Notes: a model not told the origin generated them from the letters alone. A DNA stretch of 64,000 bases from Candidatus Magasanikbacteria bacterium RIFCSPHIGHO2_01_FULL_33_34 (GCA_001782825.1 MFPS01000008.1:9012-73011), one strand, 5' to 3'; positions 46,911-57,337 are shown, numbered from the stretch's first letter. Numbers and translations are program-made.

Positions 46911-48446
46911 TTAATGTTTGAAACATCTATTTCCAGTAAATACCATACTTATTTTGTATTCGTTACAAGCTTTGATTACTTCTTCATCTTTTATTGAGCC
47001 ACCAGGTTGGATTATGGCTTTGATTCCTGTTTGAGCAATTTTATCTATACTATCTCTAAAAGGAAAAAACGCATCAGAACATAATACAGAATCTTTTATT
47101 TTTTCACCACTTTTTTTAATAGCCAAATCAACTGCATCAATCCTTGAGACTTGTCCTGGACCAATACCAATGGTGGTATTATTTTTTGCTATTAAGATTG
47201 CATTTGATTTCACATGTTTGAGTACTTTCCAACCAAATAACATATCAATTAGTTCTTGTTCTGTTGGTTGTTTGTCAGTCACAAATTGCAGATCTTCTTT
47301 TTTGATTATTTTTGTATCAATATCTTGTACAAGTAGTCCACCTTCAATATAACGAAATTCTAATTTATCTTGATTTGGTAATATATTGCCTAATTCAAGA
47401 ACACGCATATTTTGTTTTTTGTCTAACACCCCTAAAGCTTCTTTGTCATAATTTGGCGCCAAAACTATTTCTACAAATACTTTTGTTATTTCTTCAGCAA
47501 TAGCTTTGGTGCAGGTTCTGTTAAGTGCAATAATTCCACCAAATGCAGACATTGGATCAGTATTGTAGGCCTGTTTGAATACTGTAGCTATGTTATCTCC
47601 AATAGCGACTCCACATGGGTTAGCATGTTTTACTATTACACAGGCTGGTTCTGTAAATTCTTTTAGGGTTGATAATGCTCCATCAGCATCATTTATATTA
47701 TTGTAGGATAATTTTTTACCTTGTAAAATTTTTGCATTCAATATATTACAACCTTTGTTATTTGGTTTTTTATAAACTGATGCCATTTGATGTGGATTTT
47801 CTCCGTAACGTAATTCATAATCTTTTTTGAAAGTTAAAGAAAAATTATAAGAAAATTTTTCTTCTTTTAGATGATTGTGGATTATGGTGTCATATTGTGC
47901 TGTATGACCAAAAGATTTTATAGCCATTTTTTTTCTGGTTTCAAAATTTATTCCGCCAGATTTTAATTCTTCGAGTAGGGGATTGTAGTCTTGTGGATCT
48001 ACAATTACTGTAACCCAACCCATATTTTTGGCAGCACTACGTATCATGGTTGGACCACCAATATCAATATTTTCAATTATTTCATCATAGTTTACGTTTT
48101 CTTTTAGAATAGTTTCAGAAAATGGATAAAGATTGCATACGACCAAATCTATCCATTTTATTTCATTTTGTTCAGCAATTACTTTGTGGGAGTCTCTAAG
48201 CCCTAAAATACCACCATGAACTTTTGGGTGTAGAGTTTTAACACGACCTTCCATCATTTCTGGAAATCCAGTAAATTCAGAAATATCTTTTACATTTATA
48301 TTTGCTTCAGTTAGTTTTTTGGCTGTTCCGCCAGTAGAAATTATTTCTATCCCTAATCTTTGTAATTCTTTAGCAAATTCTAAAATTCCATCTTTGTTAG
48401 AGACTGAGATCAAAGCTCTGTGGATTTGAGTACTATTTTTGTTCAT
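46911..48446 (-). CDS. purH: AICAR transformylase/IMP cyclohydrolase
   Basis: ALISVS.K, GRVKTLHP, LRYGENPHQ, KHANPCG, SDAFFPF. Confidence 0.98.
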   Translation of the reverse strand: MNKNSTQIHRALISVSNKDGILEFAKELQRLGIEIISTGGTAKKLTEANINVKDISEFTGFPEMMEGRVKTLHPKVHGGILGLRDSHKVIAEQNEIKWIDLVVCNLYPFSETILKENVNYDEIIENIDIGGPTMIRSAAKNMGWVTVIVDPQDYNPLLEELKSGGINFETRKKMAIKSFGHTAQYDTIIHNHLKEEKFSYNFSLTFKKDYELRYGENPHQMASVYKKPNNKGCNILNAKILQGKKLSYNNINDADGALSTLKEFTEPACVIVKHANPCGVAIGDNIATVFKQAYNTDPMSAFGGIIALNRTCTKAIAEEITKVFVEIVLAPNYDKEALGVLDKKQNMRVLELGNILPNQDKLEFRYIEGGLLVQDIDTKIIKKEDLQFVTDKQPTEQELIDMLFGWKVLKHVKSNAILIAKNNTTIGIGPGQVSRIDAVDLAIKKSGEKIKDSVLCSDAFFPFRDSIDKIAQTGIKAIIQPGGSIKDEEVIKACNEYKISMVFTGNRCFKH

Positions 48447-49017
48447 AAGATTTTTTTTTAATTACTTCAATGAAGGCTTCACCTTCAAGTTTTTGGACTT
48501 TTGATTTTAAGGTTTCTGGCGTATCTTTTGAAGTTACAGGACAACTTTTTTGGATTATAATAGGTCCAGTATCTATTCCTTCATCTATAATATGGATTGT
48601 ACAACCAGTTTCTTTGACGCCAGCTTTTAGTACTTCTTCATGTACATTTAAATCCATCTTACCAGCAAATGCTGGTAAAAGAGATGGGTGTACATTTAAA
48701 ATTTTATTTCTCCATTTATTGATAAAGTTTATAGAAATGATACGCATATATCCTATCAGTAGTACTAAATCAATATTTTTTTTATCTAATATTTTCATTA
48801 TTTCTGCATCAAACTCTTTTTTGGTTTTATTTTTTGGGTTTATATATATGTTTTCTATATTAGCATTTTTTGCTCTTTCTAATATATATGCATCAGATTT
48901 ATCACTAATAACAATATCAAGTGAAGCATTTAAATCATCATTTTTTATAGCTTCTATAATTGGTTGCATACTAGTGCCTCGTGTTGATCCTAAAATTGCT
49001 ATTTTTAACTTATGCAT
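48433..49017 (-). CDS. purN: Phosphoribosylglycinamide formyltransferase
   Basis: GYMRI, NVHPSLLP, TGCTIH, DTGPII.Q. Confidence 0.96.
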   Translation of the reverse strand: MHKLKIAILGSTRGTSMQPIIEAIKNDDLNASLDIVISDKSDAYILERAKNANIENIYINPKNKTKKEFDAEIMKILDKKNIDLVLLIGYMRIISINFINKWRNKILNVHPSLLPAFAGKMDLNVHEEVLKAGVKETGCTIHIIDEGIDTGPIIIQKSCPVTSKDTPETLKSKVQKLEGEAFIEVIKKKSYEQK

Positions 49018-49068
49018 AAATGAATGATTTTATATTTATATAAGTATATAAGTAATGTGAATTAATTT

Positions 49069-49261
49069 GTAAGTTATAATAGCATTATTTATACTTTCAA
49101 TCACGACCATATTATTTTCAATTATTTATTTTTACTCCCTGCCTGCCGGCAGGCAGGATTCTCGCTATGGCTCCGAGGGTGATGCATGTTGGGGCATCAA
49201 ATCCGTAAAAATAAATAATTGAAAATAATGCTTAATTATAAATAACGCTTTCAATTTTTAC
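49069..49261 (+). mobile_element. MITE, long form, with perfect 9 bp TSD
   Basis: Ends GTAAG...TTTAC; AATTAATTT at 49060-49068 and 49262-49270; palindrome 49138-49157. Confidence 0.9.
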
Positions 49262-49287
49262 AATTAATTTATAGTATTCACATATGC

Positions 49288-50598
49288 TTATTTTCGTAAG
49301 TCAGCCATCATTTTAATTCTTTTTTCTATTAATTCTTCTGTACCTATATCTTCTCTATGAAATAGTGGACCTTTTATTTTTTTTATTTCTGATTCTGCAA
49401 TTAATTCGGCATCAGAAATTGAATCAGACACACTTACAATGGCAATAGTACGAGAACCAGTTTCATACAATTCATTTTCTTTCATATCAACAGATGCATA
49501 GTGAATTAATTCTTTATTTTCTACAGCAGATACATCAATTATTTTATTTTTTATAGGATTATCTGGGTATCCAATTGGCACAGCATATTTACAGACACTG
49601 GCTTTTTTTGCAAATCTAGCATGATCTTGAGTCAGATTACCTTTAATTATTGCTAAACATAGTTCAACAAAGTCTGATTCTAAAAGAGATAAGATATTCA
49701 TACATTCTGGGTCGCCAAAGCGTGCATTGTATTCTATTAGGTTTACCCCGTTTTTTGTGGCCATAAAACCACCATAGATTATTCCTTTATATTCTTCATT
49801 AAATTCATCTTTTATTGCCTTTATAGTTGCTTGATTAATTTTATGCGCTTGCTCAATATCTGTATTTGTTAAAAAAGGAAGTTTGTGGTCAGAGTCAGAA
49901 TAACTGCCCATACCACCGGTGTTTGGTCCTGTATCGTTTACAAAGGCTCGTTTGTGATCTTGTATGGCTATCATGTGAGCAAGATTATTTCCATCAGAAA
50001 AACTAAGGAGAGAAAATTCTTGACCAATCAACTTTTCTTCTATCAAAAAAGTTCCGTCTTGTGCAATTAACTCTTCACAAAAAGCAATTCCGTCTGCAAT
50101 AGATTGAAGATGGTCTCCAGAAACTTTAACACCTTTTCCTCCCATTAATCCGTCTGCTTTTACTACATAATTACCGCCAAGGGAATCAATAAATTCCTTC
50201 ACTCCATTTATATCAGAAAAATATTTATATTTAGGTCCACCTGGTATATTGTATTTTCTTAAAAGATTGCGGGTGAAGGATTTGCTAGTTTCGAGTTGGG
50301 CAAGTTTTTTGGTTGGTCCAATGCTTGGAATATTTTGTTCTTTTAGTTTGTCTACTACACCTGCTTCCAAAGGTGCTTCAGGACCAATAATAGCAAAGTC
50401 AATATTATTATCTTTGGCAAAATCTGCAATCGTTTTAGTATCAGTAATTTTACCAATCTTATAATTAGAGGATAATTCCTTTATTCCAGGATTATTATTT
50501 GAGGCAAAACAAAAAATATTTGTAGGTTTTTTTGATCGTTTTATGGCTTTGGCAATTGCATGTTCTCTGGCTCCTGAACCGACTAATAATATGTTCAT
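49288..50598 (-). CDS. purD: Phosphoribosylamine--glycine ligase
   Basis: GSGAREHA, GPEAPL, KADGL..GKGV, QDHKR, GPNTGGMG, EYNARFGDPE. Confidence 0.98.
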   Translation of the reverse strand: MNILLVGSGAREHAIAKAIKRSKKPTNIFCFASNNNPGIKELSSNYKIGKITDTKTIADFAKDNNIDFAIIGPEAPLEAGVVDKLKEQNIPSIGPTKKLAQLETSKSFTRNLLRKYNIPGGPKYKYFSDINGVKEFIDSLGGNYVVKADGLMGGKGVKVSGDHLQSIADGIAFCEELIAQDGTFLIEEKLIGQEFSLLSFSDGNNLAHMIAIQDHKRAFVNDTGPNTGGMGSYSDSDHKLPFLTNTDIEQAHKINQATIKAIKDEFNEEYKGIIYGGFMATKNGVNLIEYNARFGDPECMNILSLLESDFVELCLAIIKGNLTQDHARFAKKASVCKYAVPIGYPDNPIKNKIIDVSAVENKELIHYASVDMKENELYETGSRTIAIVSVSDSISDAELIAESEIKKIKGPLFHREDIGTEELIEKRIKMMADLRK

Positions 50599-50615
50599 AT
50601 TTTTTAAAGTTAGGT

Positions 50616-50689
50616 GTATGGTATAACTTTGTTTATACGTTTAACTATGATTATATTAGTTTTAATTATAAGTAACCTTTTCTTTTTAT
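50616..50689 (+). mobile_element. MITE, short degenerate form, with perfect 9 bp TSD
   Basis: gtatggtataactttgtttatacgtttaacta...ttaattataagtaa aligns to the 22041 copy; AAGTTAGGT at 50607-50615 and 50690-50698. Confidence 0.75.
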
Positions 50690-50708
50690 AAGTTAGGTTT
50701 TAAATTAT

Positions 50709-52172
50709 CTATACTCTGTTAGCTCCGCGCATATCTTCTAATTCTTGTAACTTTTTTTCGTCTATATCATTAGTGATATAGATGCCATCAAGACAAGGCA
50801 TAGAAGGTCTATCAATATTGTGTTCACCGTATCGTGTAATTGCTTCAACTAAATCTTCAATGTCTTGGTATAATAAAATATCACAACCTATATATTCACG
50901 GATTTCTTCTATGCTTTTATTATGTGCGATTAATTCGGATCTAGTTGGTATATCTATTCCATAAAAATCTGGATATTTTACAGGAGGGCAGGCAGAAATA
51001 AGATATACTTCTTTTGCACCAGCATCTTTTACTAGTTTTACCACTTCTCTACTGGTTGTACCTCTCACGATTGAGTCATCTAGTAGCATTACTTTTTTAT
51101 CTTTTATTTCAGTTTCTTGTGGAGATAATTTTTGTAATACTGATTGTCGTCTTTTTTCTTGGCCGGGCATTATAAAAGTTCTACCTACAAATTGATTTTT
51201 GTATATACCCTCAGTATACCTAACCCCTAGTACACTGGCAGCGGATAATGCGGCTGTATTTGAGGTAAATGGTACAGGGATGAGTACATCTGGTTTTATA
51301 TTTGGATATTCTCTTAGCCATTTTTTGGCCAGATTTTGTCCCATGCGTAGTCTGGCTCTATATACACTGACATTGTTTATAATAGAGTCAGGTCTAGATA
51401 AATAAACGTATTCAAAAACGCAAGGAGTGAATTTTTCTCTTCGGAGTATTCGGCTACGCATTTCACCGTCATTATTAATAAAAATCACTTCGCCTGGCTG
51501 AACATTACCCATGTATTTAAAACCAAGAGGATAATACATTGTATTTTCTGAAGAAAAAATATAATCTTTTGTTTCGTCTGGGTTTATTCTCATTCCACAA
51601 ACAAATGGGCGAATTCCGTGTGGATCGCGAAAAGCAATCATACCTTTACCAGCAATTATACCAATTACTGAATATCCACCTTTTGCTCTATCAAATACTG
51701 ATTCAACTGCTTGGCAAATATTTTCAAATATATCATTAGTTGGATCTAATTTGTCTAATTTTGAAGCAAAAACATTCATTATTGTTTCTAGATCAGATTC
51801 TGAATTACAGTGGTATCTATCCTCTTTTTCTAATTCATCTTTTAATTCAGTATAGTTAGTTAGATTTCCATTATGAACCATAGCTATTCCATACGGTGAA
51901 TTTGTCATAAATGGTTGAGCATTTTCTACACTATGACTTGATCCATTGGTAGGGTAGCGTGTATGTCCAATACCCCAATTACCAGTTAGTCTGCTTATAT
52001 TTTGTTGGTCAAATATATCACGAACAAAACCAGATCCTTTTTTCAAATGAAATCTTTTGTTGTATGTTAAAATACCAGCCGCATCTTGTCCACGGTGTTG
52101 TAGATGTATTAAGCCATCATAAATTTCAGTTGCAACTGGTTTGTGAGAGAAAATGCCGATTATTCCACACAT
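50709..52172 (-). CDS. purF: Amidophosphoribosyltransferase
   Basis: MCGIIG, LQHRGQDAAG, HNGNL, DDSIVRGTT. Confidence 0.98.
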   Translation of the reverse strand: MCGIIGIFSHKPVATEIYDGLIHLQHRGQDAAGILTYNKRFHLKKGSGFVRDIFDQQNISRLTGNWGIGHTRYPTNGSSHSVENAQPFMTNSPYGIAMVHNGNLTNYTELKDELEKEDRYHCNSESDLETIMNVFASKLDKLDPTNDIFENICQAVESVFDRAKGGYSVIGIIAGKGMIAFRDPHGIRPFVCGMRINPDETKDYIFSSENTMYYPLGFKYMGNVQPGEVIFINNDGEMRSRILRREKFTPCVFEYVYLSRPDSIINNVSVYRARLRMGQNLAKKWLREYPNIKPDVLIPVPFTSNTAALSAASVLGVRYTEGIYKNQFVGRTFIMPGQEKRRQSVLQKLSPQETEIKDKKVMLLDDSIVRGTTSREVVKLVKDAGAKEVYLISACPPVKYPDFYGIDIPTRSELIAHNKSIEEIREYIGCDILLYQDIEDLVEAITRYGEHNIDRPSMPCLDGIYITNDIDEKKLQELEDMRGANRV

Positions 52173-52200
52173 AAATAAAAATAATTAGGATAAAAATTTA

Positions 52201-53559
52201 TTATATCAAATCTACTACATCAGTGGAAAGACCAATATAGGTATGAGGTGTTAGTTTAAGTAATTTATTTTTTTCTTCTTCTGGTATTTCCAGTGAATTT
52301 ATAAAATTATAAATTGTTTGTTTGTTGACTTTTTCTCCGCGAGTTAGCTCTTTTAATTTTTCGTATGGTTTTTCATACCCGACTTTACGCATAACTGTTT
52401 GGATTGCTTCTGCTAATACTTCCCAATGATTGTTTAGTTCTTCATCTAATTTTTCTTTATTTATAGTTAAACGTGACATACCTTTTAAAATATTTTTACA
52501 AGCAAGCAGTGAGTGGGCGAGTGGTATGCCTTGATTTCTAAGTACGGTGCTGTCAGTTAAATCGCGTTGCATACGAGAAATTGGAAGTTTTTGGGATAGG
52601 TGTACAAAGTAAGCATTTGCTATGCCTAGATTTCCTTCTGCATTTTCAAATTGTATAGGATTAATTTTGTGAGGCATAGCGCTTGATCCTATTTCATTGT
52701 CCTTCTTCTTTTGTCCAAAAATTCCACGAGATATATACATCCATATATCTCGTGTAAAATCTATTAATATTGTGTTTATCCTTTCAATTATTTGATAACT
52801 TTCTGTGATTGAATCATGTGATTCAATTTGAATTGTTATTATGTTTGGTTCAAGATTAAGAGAGGAAATAAAATTTTTACTAAAATTTATCCAATCTATA
52901 TTTGGATAAGCAATATTGTGCGCGCCCCATGTGCCAGTTGCGCCACCAAATTTTCCTTGTAATTTATGATTAGATAATTGTAGTATCTGTCTTTGGAGTC
53001 TATGGGCAAAAACTGCAAATTCTTTACCTACTGTAGTAGGGGTTGCGCTTTGTCCATGGGTTAAAGAAAGCATTGGTTGGTGTTTGTTTTTTTTGGCAAA
53101 AATTATAAATTTTTCTTGAACTTCTGATATTTTTGGTAAGTAAATATTTTTTATAGCAGAATTCCACATCAATGTGTATGCTAAATTGTTTATATCTTCA
53201 GAAGTTAAAGCAAAATGAATAAATTCTATGTATTTGTTGAATTTAGTATTTTGTAATTTTTCTTTCAAAAAATATTCAATGGCTTTTACATCATGATTAG
53301 TTGTTTCTTCAATTTTTTTTATTGATTGTGCATCTTCGTTTGAAAAGTTTTTATAATATGATTTGAGTTTATTTTGTTGCTCCAAAGTCAAAGGTTCAAT
53401 TTCATTAATATTTTTTTCTATAGAGAGAGCAATTAAATATTCTATTTCTACCATTAAACGATAGCGCATTAGCGCCATTTCTGAAAAATATTCTGATAGT
53501 TCTTCAACAGATGTTTTGTATCGACCATCAATTGGAGAAATGTTTGTGAGTAGATTCAT
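52201..53559 (-). CDS. purB: Adenylosuccinate lyase
   Basis: TNHDVKA, HFALTSED, GSSAMPHKINPI.FEN, SRMQRDLTDS. Confidence 0.97.
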   Translation of the reverse strand: MNLLTNISPIDGRYKTSVEELSEYFSEMALMRYRLMVEIEYLIALSIEKNINEIEPLTLEQQNKLKSYYKNFSNEDAQSIKKIEETTNHDVKAIEYFLKEKLQNTKFNKYIEFIHFALTSEDINNLAYTLMWNSAIKNIYLPKISEVQEKFIIFAKKNKHQPMLSLTHGQSATPTTVGKEFAVFAHRLQRQILQLSNHKLQGKFGGATGTWGAHNIAYPNIDWINFSKNFISSLNLEPNIITIQIESHDSITESYQIIERINTILIDFTRDIWMYISRGIFGQKKKDNEIGSSAMPHKINPIQFENAEGNLGIANAYFVHLSQKLPISRMQRDLTDSTVLRNQGIPLAHSLLACKNILKGMSRLTINKEKLDEELNNHWEVLAEAIQTVMRKVGYEKPYEKLKELTRGEKVNKQTIYNFINSLEIPEEEKNKLLKLTPHTYIGLSTDVVDLI

Positions 53560-53566
53560 AGATAAT

Positions 53567-56233
53567 TTATGCTAAATCTATTATTCTTTTTATAGCCAAA
53601 GCAACATTGCCTGGTTCTAGAATTGTCATAACTGGCACATGGCTTGGCATTTGTAAAGTTGAGTGTATATTTACTAGCATATCCATTTTGTCTTTAAAGG
53701 GTGGGCAAGCAATTACAGGTTTGTTACTATTGCCAGCCATAAATCCTGATAAAGCATTTGATCGTCCAGCAATTGTAATGTATACAACTTTTTCATCTTG
53801 GTATTTCTCCAATAATTCTAATAGTTTTGTAGCTTCTTTGTGAGCTGATGCTACATGTTGAACGTATGTAATAGATTGTTCTGAAAGCGCTTGAGTTATC
53901 TTTTGAGCATGATCTTCATCTTTGGTTGAACCAAGTATGAGTACGGCTTTTATTTTTGTTGTGCCTGTTGGTTGGAGGTATTGTAATTTTTCTATTGGTT
54001 TTTCTTCATTTTTTACTTCTGTTTTTATTGCTGTATTTTCTACTAGTTTATCTTCAGGAAATTGAAATTTTTCTCCAGTAATCATTTCATACAATTTAAT
54101 ATACCGTTTTGATAGCTCAATGACAAGTTCTTCTGGTGCTTTTGGTAGTTCAGCATCATTGTATGGGTCACAATTATTTTTAAACCAGATCCTCAAAAAT
54201 TCTTTGTCTATATTTTCTGGTTCTTGTCCTTTTGCAAAACGTTCTGCATAACTTTCAGCAATCCAGTAACGACTAGAGTCTGGTGTATGTATTTCATCAA
54301 TCAATAATATATTTCCATCTTTGTCTTTGCCAAATTCGTATTTTGTATCAACTAATATAAGACCATGTTCAGCCGATATTTTTTGTCCAAAAGCAAAAAG
54401 TTCCAATGATTTTTTGGATACATAATCCCATTCTGCTTGTGTCATTAGTCCTTTTTCTACTATTTCTTTTGGTGTTATTGAACTGTCATGGTTATCGTCT
54501 TTGGTAGTGGGTGTAACTATTGGGGTAAAAAATTTTTGATTTTTTACTAATCCATCTGGTAATAAATTACCGCAAAAATTACGAACACCTTTTTCATAAT
54601 TAATCCAAGCAGAAGTGTCTGTGGTACCAGTAATATATCCACGTACAACAAATTCTACAGGGAAAACTGTACATTTTTTGGCGATAGTTACATTTGGTTT
54701 TGGAATCTGTAAAACATGATTTGGAATAATATGTGCGGTTTTTTTAAACCACCATGCACTTGTTTGGTTTAAAACTTGTCCTTTAAATGGAATGGCTGCT
54801 AATACTTTATCAAATGCACTCTGGCGGTCTGTGGTAATCAAAATCATTTTATCATCAAATTCATAACTATCTCTTACTTTTCCTATTCTTTTTTTACCAG
54901 CATTAAATGTGGTTTGTGTGATACATTTGTTTAATTGGTTTTTTATTTTGTCTGTATAATCCATATGTTTATTATAAATATAGCAATTTTGTGAGTATTG
55001 ATTGAATAGTATGTGAGTTTTTAAGATTTGTTGTAGTTGAGTATCAATACTATCATTTTCCACAGAGATTTTCCACAAAGTACCTTTATTTATATTTTTT
55101 ATACCTTTAATATTTAGTCTATGGTCTAGTGTTTCTTTCTTATATTCACCAATTATGTCGTCATTGTTATTAACCAATAAACAGATTTGTTTTGTACCAA
55201 TTGCATTAAAATTTTCAATTACATATTCTTTATTAGAATTATATAATTCTCCAGTTTCGGTAATTTGTTTATATATTTCATCTTTATTTATATTGTCATC
55301 AAAATTTATTTCCCAATGAGTATATCTTTCTATATTTGCGTTTATACCGGTTTGTCTAAGGGTATTTTGTACGGTGGATACAACATTATCAGTAATAATT
55401 AATTTTGTAATGATTTCTTTGCTGTTTTCTTTTGGTTTGTATTTATTTAATTTATATTGATTTGGGGTGTAGGTGAGTGGAGTAAGATTGATACTTTTTT
55501 CTTTTTCAATGTATTCTCTCATTGATGTAAAGATTGGTTGTCCCATAGGTGTTCTTTCAGGATGAGGCATCATTGCCATAATATTGCCATTTTTATTAAT
55601 GACTGCTGCTAGATTGTACACTGTACCGTTTGGGTTGGTGGGGAATTGAGATTCAGTTTTGCCTTCATTGTCGCAATATCTGAATATTGTCATATGATTA
55701 AGTTTCATTTCTTCTAACAGTCTTTCTGGTATTACAAATCTACCTTCCCCGTGAGCAATGGGTAGTCTTATAAAATCACCTTGTGCCATGTGTCTACTAA
55801 ATGCTGATCTTTTACTAGGTATATCTAGCTTAATATTCACCCAATTGTTATAGAAGCCCACTCCTACTATTCTTTCATTTTGTATTTGTTTGTTAGAATC
55901 AAGCGCCATACCAACCTCATTGTTTTTAAGTCCAGGTACTAATCCTGATTCTACTAAAATCTGAGCGCCATTACATACACCGAGCACTGGTTTGCCTTTT
56001 TTTGATTCGTCAGTAATAATTTTCATTATAGGATCAAGTGAGGCGATTATTCCTGCGCGTGATCTATCTTCGTATGAAAATCCGCCCACTATAAAATAGC
56101 CGTCATAATTTTTTAATTTTTGATAATCTTGATTCCACAAAAATTCTTCTGCATTCATTTGAGCATTGCGTACAGCGCGAATAGATTCAGATTCACAATT
56201 ATTTCCAGGGAATTGTATTATGGCTATTTTCAT
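53567..56233 (-). CDS. PurQ-(PurS-like x2)-PurC-PurE fusion protein
   Basis: FPGNNC, GVCNG.Q, HGEG, MMPHPER (PurQ); GKVRD, TDRQSAFD, DTKYEFG, DEIHTPDSSR (PurC); SAHK, AGRSNAL (class II PurE). Confidence 0.92.
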   Translation of the reverse strand: MKIAIIQFPGNNCESESIRAVRNAQMNAEEFLWNQDYQKLKNYDGYFIVGGFSYEDRSRAGIIASLDPIMKIITDESKKGKPVLGVCNGAQILVESGLVPGLKNNEVGMALDSNKQIQNERIVGVGFYNNWVNIKLDIPSKRSAFSRHMAQGDFIRLPIAHGEGRFVIPERLLEEMKLNHMTIFRYCDNEGKTESQFPTNPNGTVYNLAAVINKNGNIMAMMPHPERTPMGQPIFTSMREYIEKEKSINLTPLTYTPNQYKLNKYKPKENSKEIITKLIITDNVVSTVQNTLRQTGINANIERYTHWEINFDDNINKDEIYKQITETGELYNSNKEYVIENFNAIGTKQICLLVNNNDDIIGEYKKETLDHRLNIKGIKNINKGTLWKISVENDSIDTQLQQILKTHILFNQYSQNCYIYNKHMDYTDKIKNQLNKCITQTTFNAGKKRIGKVRDSYEFDDKMILITTDRQSAFDKVLAAIPFKGQVLNQTSAWWFKKTAHIIPNHVLQIPKPNVTIAKKCTVFPVEFVVRGYITGTTDTSAWINYEKGVRNFCGNLLPDGLVKNQKFFTPIVTPTTKDDNHDSSITPKEIVEKGLMTQAEWDYVSKKSLELFAFGQKISAEHGLILVDTKYEFGKDKDGNILLIDEIHTPDSSRYWIAESYAERFAKGQEPENIDKEFLRIWFKNNCDPYNDAELPKAPEELVIELSKRYIKLYEMITGEKFQFPEDKLVENTAIKTEVKNEEKPIEKLQYLQPTGTTKIKAVLILGSTKDEDHAQKITQALSEQSITYVQHVASAHKEATKLLELLEKYQDEKVVYITIAGRSNALSGFMAGNSNKPVIACPPFKDKMDMLVNIHSTLQMPSHVPVMTILEPGNVALAIKRIIDLA

Positions 56234-56246
56234 AAGCTAATTGCAT

Positions 56247-57287
56247 TTATATTAATTTTACATTTTTATTTCCTTCTACAACTTTGCCAATTTCATAAAG
56301 TTTGAATTTTGGGTATTTAGTAATTTGTTCAAAAGTTTTTACAATATTTTCTGGAGAAATAACTAAAATCATTCCGATTCCCATATTAAATGTACGGTAC
56401 ATTTCTTTTTCTTCAATATTGCCGATTTGTTGCATAACTTCAAATACAGGTAAATGTGGCCAGCTTTTTTTGTTTATTTCTACAGCACAGTTATTTGGGA
56501 GTATGCGTGGAATATTTTCTATAAATCCACCACCTGTTATATGAGCTATACCTTTTATTTCAATTTCATTATCTAATATTCTTAAAATAGGATTTGTATA
56601 GTTTGTGTGTGGTTCTAGTAAAGTCTCACCAACAGATTTTTCAAATTCTGCAATTTTAGTTTCTACTCCATATTTTTCAATTTCGAAAAATAATTTTCTA
56701 GCCAAAGAATATCCATTTGTGTGTAATCCATTTGAAGCAAAACCTAATATAATATCACCTGATTTTATATTTTTTCCGGTAATTACTTTGTCTTTTTCAA
56801 CTACACCAGTTATGCATCCAACAATATCGTGTTCACCAGTTTTGTATACTCCGGGCATTTCTGCAGTTTCACCACCAACCAAGGAAATATTGTTTTCTAT
56901 GCATTCATGAACCATACTTTTGACAATTGTTTCAACTTGGTTTGGATCCAGTCTTTCACTGGCAATATAATCAAGAAAAGTTAAAGGTTTTGCACCCATA
57001 GCGACTATATCTCCAGCACAGTTACTAACAATATCAATACCAACTGTATCATATTTGTCCATCATTCTAGCTATAATCAGTTTTGTGCCAACGCCATCAA
57101 CGCTTTGGACCATTAGTGGATGTTTATACTCAGCAAAAGCTTCTTTTATATCGTATACAGCCCCAAAACTACCTAATCCTGTAAGGACATGTTTTGAAAA
57201 AGTTGTTTTTACTTTTTCTTTTATTCGTCTAACTGTTTCTTCGCCAGCATCTATATTAACGCCAGCTTGTTTGTAGGTAATTGTCAT
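56247..57287 (-). CDS. purM: AIR synthetase
   Basis: TYKQAGV, DGVGTK, GGETAEMPG, NGLHTNGYSL, AHITGGG, FNMGIG; ATG at 57287. Confidence 0.97.
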   Translation of the reverse strand: MTITYKQAGVNIDAGEETVRRIKEKVKTTFSKHVLTGLGSFGAVYDIKEAFAEYKHPLMVQSVDGVGTKLIIARMMDKYDTVGIDIVSNCAGDIVAMGAKPLTFLDYIASERLDPNQVETIVKSMVHECIENNISLVGGETAEMPGVYKTGEHDIVGCITGVVEKDKVITGKNIKSGDIILGFASNGLHTNGYSLARKLFFEIEKYGVETKIAEFEKSVGETLLEPHTNYTNPILRILDNEIEIKGIAHITGGGFIENIPRILPNNCAVEINKKSWPHLPVFEVMQQIGNIEEKEMYRTFNMGIGMILVISPENIVKTFEQITKYPKFKLYEIGKVVEGNKNVKLI

Positions 57288-57337
57288 ATTATTTGACTTT
57301 TGTATTTTACTATGTTTAAATTTGATGAGAAAGGGGA

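Noticed and set aside
48470-49027. Long antisense ORFs (also 2036-2530, 28024-28446, 61874-62299 and others)
   Set aside because: Shadows of well-supported genes on the opposite strand, with no motifs of their own.
25570-49229. Dispersed repeats as a CRISPR array or purine riboswitch
   Set aside because: Copies are kilobases apart with no spacers or cas genes, precede unrelated genes, and do not match the purine, ZTP or PRPP aptamers I know.
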